From Scenedesmus sp. PABB004 (lineage: Eukaryota): DNA of 64,000 bases. Both the position numbers and the translations under genes were made by a program. Location of the stretch: the NCBI GenBank assembly GCA_014905635.1, contig JABVCE010000026.1, positions 372,001-436,000 on the forward strand, read 5' to 3'. Within the stretch, counting starts at the first letter, position 1. Each line of letters begins with the position of its first letter. The notes below the pieces were generated by a model, which was not told the origin of the DNA, did no database searches, and saw only the letters and a list, made by a program, of their open reading frames with translations. Positions 37,966-46,706 of the stretch are shown here, one piece after another.

Positions 37966-39480
37966 TCAGCGCTCCTCGAGCCGCTCGATCGTCGCGGCGA
38001 GCTCGAGCGGCCACGCGGCGCGCAGCTGCGCGGCGGCGGCGGCGTAGCCGTGCGACTCGAGCAGCGCAAACAGGCGGTCGTTGTGGGGCGCGTAAAAGGC
38101 GGCGAGCTCGGAGACGAAGCCGCGCGGCAGGCTGGCCTCGGGGTAGGTGCGCTTGTGGAGCTTCAGGAAGTCGCCGCGCGCCTTGGACGCGGCCGGGTCG
38201 AGGCCGAGCCATGTCACGAGCTGCTGCATGTGGTGCCACGGCGCCTCCTTGAAGGCCTTGGTCGACCACACGAGCAGGCGGTCGGCGGGGAAGACGCGCA
38301 GCCAGCGCTCGAGGTGGTGCGCGTACATGCCGAGGTGCACGTCGAGCACGCGCTCCGAGAGGCGCGGCCGGCCGTCGAGCATGCACGCGTCGACCGCCGC
38401 GATGCGCGCGTCGGCGTCGGCCCGCGCGTCGCCGGCCGCGAAGCACGCCGCCACGGTGCCCATCTCCTTGCGCAGCTCGCGCACGACGACGGCGCGCCAC
38501 GCGGCGTTGTACGCGGGGCTCGCCCGCGCGAGGCCCTTGAGCTCCGCAAAGTCGCCGCGCTGGGCGACCATGTTGATGCTCGAGAGCGCGCGCGTCGCGG
38601 GCTCGCGCAGCAGCGCGACGAGCCGCACGCCCGGCAGCGTGTCGGCCACGAGCCGCGCCGCGGGCGGGTGTGGCATGTACATGACCGTCGCTTCCATGCG
38701 CACCAGGCCGGGCGCGTCGCCGGGGGACAGCCCCGCCGCCGCGGGCCACGCGCACGACCGCGCGGCGGGGTCGTCGCCCGGCGCGACGCCCGCAAACTTG
38801 GCAAAGTACTCGCGCGACCGCGTGGCCACGGTCACGGGGTCCTGGTCGAAGAAGTGGACCTCTTTGGTCACGATCGACCCGATCACGCCCGGGTGGAAGC
38901 GCCGCGCCGCGTCGGGGAGGCCGTAGAAGCGCGCGCAGTACGCGGCGCTCGCGGGCGTGCCGTTGAGGAAGACCTGGTCGTCGCCGAACGCCGGCGGCGA
39001 CCACGACGCGCCGGGGGCCTTGGCGGCCTTGGGCGAGCGCGGGACGGTGCCGTTGAGGTAGTGGAAGAGCGCCGACGTGCCGCACTTCATGCCGCCAATG
39101 ACCAGCAGCTGCGGCGTGCACGCCGTCGCGTCGAGCGCCGGCGGCGACCCCACCCACGGCGGCGGCAGCCACGCGGGGTCGGGCTCGCCACCGCCGGCGC
39201 CGCCGCCAGGCGCGCCGCCGGGCGCGTGCAGCGCGACTGCGTGGCCGCCGCCGCCGGCGGCGCTGCCGCCCGCCCACGCCGCGCGCTGCCGCGCAAAGTA
39301 TGCGCGCGAGCGGTTCTGCAGCGCCAGCGCCAGCAGCAGCAGCAGCGCCAGGTTCAGCGCCACGCGCAGGAGGGCGCCAGGCACGCCGCCGCCCCTCCGT
39401 CCCTGCAGCCAGCCTCCACGCCGGGCGCCGCCCTTGCCATCGCCCGCCGGCAGCAGCGGGCTGGCCGCGACGCCCCACAT
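37966..39480 (-). CDS. Membrane-anchored PAPS-dependent sulfotransferase (heparan-sulfate ST/NDST-like fold), intronless
   Basis: Type II TM segment; 5'-PSB loop IGGMKCGTSALFHYL; KEVHFFD; 3'-PB LLREPATRALSS; GMYAHHLERWLRVFP. Confidence 0.88.
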   Translation of the reverse strand: MWGVAASPLLPAGDGKGGARRGGWLQGRRGGGVPGALLRVALNLALLLLLALALQNRSRAYFARQRAAWAGGSAAGGGGHAVALHAPGGAPGGGAGGGEPDPAWLPPPWVGSPPALDATACTPQLLVIGGMKCGTSALFHYLNGTVPRSPKAAKAPGASWSPPAFGDDQVFLNGTPASAAYCARFYGLPDAARRFHPGVIGSIVTKEVHFFDQDPVTVATRSREYFAKFAGVAPGDDPAARSCAWPAAAGLSPGDAPGLVRMEATVMYMPHPPAARLVADTLPGVRLVALLREPATRALSSINMVAQRGDFAELKGLARASPAYNAAWRAVVVRELRKEMGTVAACFAAGDARADADARIAAVDACMLDGRPRLSERVLDVHLGMYAHHLERWLRVFPADRLLVWSTKAFKEAPWHHMQQLVTWLGLDPAASKARGDFLKLHKRTYPEASLPRGFVSELAAFYAPHNDRLFALLESHGYAAAAAQLRAAWPLELAATIERLEER

Positions 39481-39590
39481 GAGTTCCGTGTAGACGGGAG
39501 GGTGCGTGTCACAGCTGGGCGAGGGCCATATCGCGGCGGGCGGGGGTTGGCGCGCCCGTACGCGCCCCTGCTGCTCCGGGCTGCTCGCGG

Positions 39591-40117
39591 GGCGCGCGCT
39601 GCGATGCTGATGCCTGGCGCAACGGGTCGTGGCTGTCGACGCGAGACTCTGGGCAGCAGGTCCCGGGCCGCAGCCGGCTGGGCGGTGGCCAGGCCGTCCG
39701 TCTGCCGCGAGGGGCGCTCGCGGTTCTCCCGGCCCCGTTCGCGCGCCCTCACAGCACTCGCGCGCTCACGCTGTGCTGCATGACCTGAAAACCAGCTCGC
39801 GCCAGCGCCGCGCTGCGGCTGCTCGGCGGCGCGTGCGCGCGCGTACCGCTGCTGCCGCCGCCCCCCCCCCCCCCCGGCCGCGGCGCCTGCGCACGCGCTG
39901 CCCCGGCCGCACTTGGCAGGGAGCGGTGGGCCACCACGGCGCTGCCTGCGGCGCGGCCGGCGCCGGCGCCGGGTGCTGGCTGGCGCGCGCTGCCGCGTCC
40001 GGCAGCTCAGCCCAGCGAGCAGATTTGGTTGCCGCGCTCAACAGCCGGAGCTGCCTCCAACACCTCATGCAGCTGCCTAGGTCTGTGCGTGCCTGGCCGC
40101 AGCGCGCACGGCGCGCC
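39591..40117. repeat. Direct repeat copy 1 (about 525 bp), upstream of the sulfotransferase
   Basis: 39591-39822 and 39902-40117 read identical to 43228-43459 and 43538-43753. The central ~80 nt differ. Confidence 0.95.
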
Positions 40118-40408
40118 TCGCGGCACGCCGCGCACCCCAGCTGTGCTGGGGCGCGCCGCGCCGTGCTGAGCCTTCACACAGTCACACGTGCACGCACGCT
40201 GCAAGTCACTCAGGTGGCGGGGCCCGGGGCCCGGGGCATGGGCTGCGCACGCGGTGCGCCTGTACACACAGGTTCTTGCTTTGCGCGTTCGTGCGCACGC
40301 TGCGCAGTGGCGGCGCCGGCTTGTGACGCTGGACGCTCAGCCTCGCCGCGTATGTGCTTATTGCGGTCCCCGGCCCCCCTCCGCGCGCCGGGCGCGCCCA
40401 TGCCATGT

Positions 40409-43153
40409 TCAGTGCGCGGCGAGGATCGTGGCGCCCATGGACGCGCGCTCCGCCTCGCGCTGCTCGGACAGCTGCAGCACGTTCTTGAGCTCCGCGTCCA
40501 GCCCCGCCAGGTCATCATACATCGCCTCCAGGTTGAACCCCTGCAGGGTTTAGGCGGCGGCGGTGCGGGGTCGGCCCCGGCCCCGGCCCCGGCCCCGGCC
40601 CCACGCACGTGCGCGCCAGCCGCCGCGCTGCGCCATGCCGCACCTGCCACGCGTGGTGCTCCTGCCGGAAGCTGCGGTTGGCGATCCACACCACGCTGTT
40701 GACCTTGAAGCCTGCAACCAGCGGCGGCAGCGGGAGTGCGGTCAGCGGGGGCACGCAGGGGCGTCCCGTTGGGGCGGGCGCAGCGCCCACACGCGCGCGC
40801 CGCACCCGAGCCGAACGCCAGCTGCAGCACGCGGTCGCCCTTCTTCACGCCCCGGAAGCTCTCGATGAACGACAGCACGTACCAGCAGCTGCTGCTGGAG
40901 ACGTTGCCGTAGCGGTAGAGCGCGGCGCGGCTGGGCTCCACGTAGTCGTCCGACAGGCCCAGCTCGCTCTGGATGGCGTCGATCACGCCGCGCCCGCCTG
41001 CGCGCGCGGCCGAGCGCAGAGGCTCAGGGCTCAGGGCTCCGGGACCCCACCTGCGCCTCGGGGCCGGGAGCGCGACGCAGGCCCGCCCCCAGCCGGCCAG
41101 CGCCCGCGCGGCGCACCGGTGTGGATGCAGATGTGGTCGGCTGCCTTGGTAAAGTTGGGGACGTACGGCGGCAGCTTCTGGCCGAGCTTGCGGCGCAGCA
41201 GGTTGACCACAAACGCGGCCTTCTCGCTCAGCGGCAGCACCTTGGGCCCCAGCAGCGTGAGGTTGGACTTGAGCGCCTTGCCTGTACGGCGCGGCGCGGC
41301 GCGGCGGCAGGGGCCGGGGGTGCGTGGGAGGGCGGCGGTCAGGCGGGGCCCGCGGCGCGGCGCGGCGCGGCGCCGCGCGGGCGGCACATGGCGGTCGGCG
41401 CGCGGGCGGCGCGCGGGCGGCGTATCGCACCTGCGACCTTGATGAGGTCCCGCGACAGCCGCACGCCGCGGTGGCCCTCGCTGTCCTCCATCTCCCAGCA
41501 GCACTGGTACGCGACCGGGTCGGCGCTCAGGTTGGTGCGCACCATCACGCCCAGCCGGTACTTGCAGCGCCTGCGGCGGCGGCGGCGGCGGCGCGGCGCG
41601 GCGCGGCGCGGGAGCGCTGACTGGGCCGCCGCCCCGGGTGGAAGGGGGGGGGGGGGGAGTAGCCGCGGCCGCGCGCGGGGGGGCGCCCGCACCAGGCCTC
41701 GCTGCGCTTGTTGGTCAGCAGCATCGCGGCGCCGCCGGCGCGGAAGAGGACGTTGGGGATGAGCATGCTGCGCTCCTTGCCCTTGTACTTGTTCTGCGTG
41801 ATGTTCTCCGTGCTCACCACGAGCGCATACGTGTTGGGCGTGAGCTCCAGCACCTTGCGCGCGAGGTCGACCGCGATCGGGCTCGCTGCGGACGCGGCGG
41901 CGGCGCGGCGCGGCGTGAGGCGCGAGCGTCGGGCGGCGGCGCGTGGCGGCAGCGGAGCGTGGCCCATGCCGGCGCCCGGCCGCATGTCGCGCGTCGCGCC
42001 GCGTCGCCGCACCGGAGCAGCCCATGCCGCCGAGGTTGTAGCTGAGCGTGGTGGGGCTCATGTTGAGCTGGTTGATGATGTGCGCCGACAGGCTCGGCGT
42101 GGGGCAGAAGAGGCTGCAGTTGACCACAATCACGCCGATCTCGTCCGGCGTCACGCCCGTCTTGGCCAGCAGGTCCCTGCCGGGAGGGAGGGGCGCCGCG
42201 GCGTGAGACGGGGCGCCGCCGCGCGCGCGCGCGCGCGCGCGCACGCGCGGGGCGCCCGCCGTCCCCCGTCCGCGTCTGCCGTCGCTCCGTGCCTCTGCCC
42301 CACAACCACAAACACACACACACACGCACAGCCCACCTGACCGCCTCCACGACGACCATGTCAAACTCGAGGCGGGCCTTCTCGAGGCTCGTGTCCTCGC
42401 ACTCGCCCGCCTCCACGAGCATCCAGGGCGGCACGTACGTCTCGTTGCCCATCGCGCTGCTCCAGAGCATCTTGGCCTGGAAGTCCAGCTCCGTGCGGCC
42501 AAAGTCCTTGGCCGCGGCGCGGAAGTACGCCGCGAGGCGCGTCGTCTGCCAGCTGCGGGGCGCCGCCGCGGGCCGGGCGCGCGGCTCGGCGCGCGCGGCG
42601 GCGCGCGCGGCGCGCGGCGCAGCGCGGCGCGGCGCTGCCGCCGCGGCCACGCGCAGCGCGCGCGCGCAAACCTGTCATCGGGGCGGCGCACGGAGAAGTC
42701 CAGCAGGTACACGGGAGCGGTGGACCACCAGCGATAGAGCAGCACCGCCGCCGCCGCAGACAGCAGGCAGAGCACGGCGCTCAGCACCTGCGCGCCGCGG
42801 CGGCGCAGCGGGGGGCGCGCAGATCGGCTCAGAGCAGTTCCCTACAGCCTGCACGCCCCGCCTGCTTGCGCTGTGGCGGTCTCCTGGCGGCGTGGCCCTG
42901 CGCGGCGGCCGCCGCGCTGCGTGTACTGCCGCACGCACCAACGAGTGGCTTGGCTGCTGCGCGGCCGCCATGAGCACCTCCAGAGCCTCCCATAGCTCCG
43001 GTGAGTCCTGCGGCAGCACAACCGCGTCAGCGGGGGCCGCGCTGCCGCGAACGGCATGGCGGCACGACCTCTCACCGCGCTCGCCACCCAGGCCGCGACT
43101 GCCGCCGCAGCGCCGGCTGCGACCATCGCGACTGCGCTCGTGCTGGTTTTCAT
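40409..43153 (-). CDS. KCS: 3-ketoacyl-CoA synthase (FAE1/KCS very-long-chain fatty acid elongase; 10 GT-AG introns)
   Basis: Motifs [58 protein letters not shown] and LAFGSGFKVNS. Confidence 0.95.
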
Positions 43154-43227
43154 GCCTGCAGGCGGCTCCCGCCCCGCCCGCGCGGCGACCAGCAGTTCGC
43201 GCCGCGCGCGCTCCGGCCTGCTCCTCT

Positions 43228-43753
43228 GGCGCGCGCTGCGATGCTGATGCCTGGCGCAACGGGTCGTGGCTGTCGACGCGAGACTCTGGGCAGCAGGTCC
43301 CGGGCCGCAGCCGGCTGGGCGGTGGCCAGGCCGTCCGTCTGCCGCGAGGGGCGCTCGCGGTTCTCCCGGCCCCGTTCGCGCGCCCTCACAGCACTCGCGC
43401 GCTCACGCTGTGCTGCATGACCTGAAAACCAGCTCGCGCCAGCGCCGCGCTGCGGCTGCACGCCGGCGCGTGCGCGCGCGTACCGCTGCTGCCGCCGCCC
43501 CCGTGCCGCGGCGCCCTGGGCACGCGCTGCCCGGCCGCCCGGCCGCACTTGGCAGGGAGCGGTGGGCCACCACGGCGCTGCCTGCGGCGCGGCCGGCGCC
43601 GGCGCCGGGTGCTGGCTGGCGCGCGCTGCCGCGTCCGGCAGCTCAGCCCAGCGAGCAGATTTGGTTGCCGCGCTCAACAGCCGGAGCTGCCTCCAACACC
43701 TCATGCAGCTGCCTAGGTCTGTGCGTGCCTGGCCGCAGCGCGCACGGCGCGCC
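43228..43753. repeat. Direct repeat copy 2 (about 525 bp), upstream of KCS in the KCS/UBC9 divergent intergenic region
   Basis: Matches 39591-40117 at an offset of about 3637. Confidence 0.95.
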
Positions 43754-44110
43754 GCCGTGAGCCCAGCTGTGCGTGTGCGCGCGCCGCGCCGCCGAGCCAG
43801 CTGCCTCAACAGTTCTCACGCACGGGCTCCAGCTGCTCAGCTCAAGTCAGCGCGGCGGTTCAAGAGAGTTGCACAGCGACGCATCGCCCTGTGCCAACTC
43901 CTGCGCGCGCGGCGGCAGCCCACACAGCACACACGACCGCTGTCGCAGCGTCCTGAGCTTGCCCAGCAGCAGCAGCAGCTTCAGCGGCGCAGCCGTGCGT
44001 GGCGGAGGCAGCACAGCAGCAGCAGCGCGCGCCGAGGGGGCCGCCGCCGCGCCTCGCTCGCCGCCCCCTGGGCGGATCGCCGCGGCCGGGGCAGATCTCC
44101 GCACGCGCGC

Positions 44111-45228
44111 ATGGCGGGGGTGGCGCGGGCGCGGCTAGCGGAGGAGCGCAAGGCGTGGCGCAAGGACAAGCCGTTCGGCTTTCATGCCCGGCCGGAGCAG
44201 AACGCGGACGGGTGAGGCGCGGGACGGACCTTGGGAGCACGGGAGCGCCAAGCGCCGGCGGGCCGGCCGCGGCGCCGCGGCGGCACGGCGGCACGGCTCG
44301 GCGCGGCGCCGCCGCTGCTGTCGCTGCTGTCGCGCGCGCGCCGAACGCTGCCGCCGCCCCGGCGCAGGAGCGTCAACCTGATGAAGTGGAACTGCTTCAT
44401 CCCCGGGCGCAGCGGCACCGACTGGGAGGGCGGCTTCTTCCCGCTGGCGATGGAGTTTTCGGACGACTACCCCGCCAAGCCGCCAAAGGTGGGCTGGAGG
44501 CCCCGGGCGCGCGCGAGGCGCGGCGCGGGGGCGCCGCGGCGCCCGCGGCGGCCGGCGTGCGCGGTGCGATCTCACAGGCGCGCCGCCGCCGCCGCCGCCC
44601 CGCACCGCACCGCGCAGTGCAAGTTCCCCGCCGGCTTCTTCCACCCCAACATCTACCCCAGCGGCACGGTGTGCCTCAGCATCCTCAACGAGGTGCGCGC
44701 GCGCCCGTCCTGCGGGGCGGCAGCGGTGCACCGCCGCCCGCCCCGCGAGCGCGCGCCGCGTGGTCCTGCGAGCGCGCGCCGCGTGTGGTCCTGCGAGCGC
44801 GCGCGCCCGCGCGCCCGCGCGCGCTTGCAGGACGAGGGCTGGAAGCCCAGCATCACCGTGAAAAACATCCTCATGGGCGTGCAGGCGCGGCGCGGCGCAG
44901 GCGGCAGCGGGCAGGGGGCCGGCCGCGGCGCACGGGCGCCGGGCAGCCGCCCCGCGCCGCACGGGCGGGCGGGCGGGCGGGCGGGCGGGCGGGCGGGCGG
45001 GCGGACGGGCGGGCGGGCGGGCGGGCGGCGGGCGGGCGGCAGCCGCTGACGCGCGCACGCGCCGCCGCCGCCCTGCCGCCACGACGGCGTGGCGCGCAGG
45101 AGCTGCTGGACTCGCCCAACCCCAACAGCCCCGCGCAGTCGGACGCGTACGTGTGCTTCTCCAGCCAGCTCAACGAGTACCGCCGCAAGGTGCGCGCGCA
45201 GGCGCTCCAGTACCCGCCGCCGACCTGA
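44111..45228 (+). CDS. UBC9: SUMO-conjugating enzyme UBC9/SCE1 (4 introns, 1 GC-AG)
   Basis: Motifs [46 protein letters not shown] and PNPNSPAQ. Confidence 0.97.
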
Positions 45229-45352
45229 GAGGACCACCGCTCGAGCGGCGGCGCGGCGGCGCGCGTCACGTGGCGCGCCCGGGAGAGCGGCAGCAGCGGC
45301 GGCAGCAGAGGCAGCAGCGGCTGCCGAGCGGCGGCGTCGAGCGAAGCGGCTG

Positions 45353-45357
45353 TGTAA
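45353..45357 (+). terminator. TGTAA polyadenylation signal of UBC9
   Basis: TGTAA about 125 nt after the stop codon. Confidence 0.7.
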
Positions 45358-45563
45358 CACGTCACAGCGGCGCTCTCGGGTCGGAAGTCCGCGCTCGGTC
45401 ATGGTGATCGTCAGTCGCGCGCGCCGCCGCCACCGACGCCCCAGACGCGCACCTGCGCCGCGTGTAGTCCGCCACAGACGCGCCAGCACCGCCTGCAGCA
45501 CGGGCTCGGGCAGGGCGGGCGCGCTGGGCGCCGAGAGCAGCGCGAGCGCGCCGCGCGGGCGCG

Positions 45564-46604
45564 ATGGCGGCGGCGGACGGCGATGAGACCCCGCCAAAGC
45601 CCGTGAGCGCGAGGCGCTGAGGGGGGACGGCGACCGGGCCAGGGCAGGGCGGCGGCCGGGCGGCGGCAGGCAGCAGCGGCCGCGTTTGACCGCCGGCTGC
45701 GCCCCGACCTGCTCGCCAGCGCTGGGAGGGCCCCCTCGACGCCGACGGCCTGCCGCATGGCACCGGCACCATGACCTACCCGCCGACGCCGCCGGCCGAC
45801 GGCGAGGAGGAGGAGGAGCGGCCGGGCGACACGTTCGTCGGCGAGGTCGCGCACGGCGTGCGCGTGCGGGGCCGCTACGAGTGGGGCGCGAGCCGTGCGG
45901 TCTTCGACGGCGCGTACGAGGGCGGGCGCCGGCAGGGGCACGGCGTCATGCGCTTCCCCGACGGCTCGCGCTACGAGGGTGCGGCGCGGCTGGCCAGCCC
46001 CTGGCCGCGGCAGCGCGGCGCGCCGCCAACCAGCTGGCGCCGCGGCGCAGGCGGGTGGGCGGCCGACAGGCTGGACGGCGAGGGCACGTACGTGTACGCC
46101 AACGGCGACACCTACGTCGGCGCCTTCAAGGCCGGGCGCAAGCACGGCAGCGGCAGCATGCACTTCAAGGCGCGCAGCCCCACCGAGCCCTGGCGCGGTG
46201 CAGGCGCAGCTGCAGCTGCCGGCGCGCGCGCGCTCGCAACGCTCACGGGTCGCCGCCGCGCCGCAGGCGCACGCGTGCCAGTTCCTGGGCCTGTGGGCGG
46301 ACGGCAAGTTCGTGGAGGGCAAGTGGGTGAGCTGCCGCACGCACTGTGGCCGCTGCGGCGCGCAGCCAGGCCTGCGCGCCAGGGGTCGCGCACCGCTGCG
46401 CCGGCCGCCGCGCCGCGCCAGGTGCACCGCGATGGCACGACCTTCAAGGGCAGCTTCCTGGCAGCTGGCGCGGTCAGCACGCCCGCGGAGGGCACGCTCT
46501 GGTTCAGCGGCCCGCGACTGCTGCAGCCGGGCGCCTTCGACGCGGCCGGCGCGTGGCGCGGCGCGGCGCCACCCGTGGCCGGCAGCGCGGCCGCGCTGGG
46601 CTGA
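45564..46604 (+). CDS. RSP10: MORN-repeat radial spoke protein 10-like (4 introns, 1 GC-AG)
   Basis: MAAADGDETPPKP|RWEGPLDADGLPHGTGTMTYPP..EEERPGDTFVG follows Chlamydomonas RSP10 as I recall it (WEGPLDEDGKPHG..MEYPP..KPGDKFEG). Several MORN repeats (YEGGW, YVGAF) follow. Confidence 0.8.
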
Positions 46605-46631
46605 GCGGTGGCCGGCCGTTGACCTGGCAAA

Positions 46632-46636
46632 TTACA
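46632..46636 (-). terminator. TGTAA polyadenylation signal of the MYND gene
   Basis: TTACA on the + strand about 70 nt past the stop codon. Confidence 0.7.
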
Positions 46637-46706
46637 CACAAGCGCTGGGGCAGCAGGGGCAACGCTCAGCAACTCTCTCCAGCCGCTCGCGCACAACCGC
46701 GCAGGC

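Noticed and set aside
39591..43753. LTR retrotransposon or MITE explanation for the direct repeats
   Set aside because: There is no gag/pol, no TG..CA ends and no target-site duplication, and the interior is an intron-containing KCS. The 10-bp inverted match at the ends (GCGCGCTGCG/CGCAGCGCGC) is too weak at this GC content.
43866..43900. Small stem-loop GAGTTGCACAG...CTGTGCCAACTC upstream of UBC9
   Set aside because: It is only about 11 bp with a bulge and has no other supporting feature.
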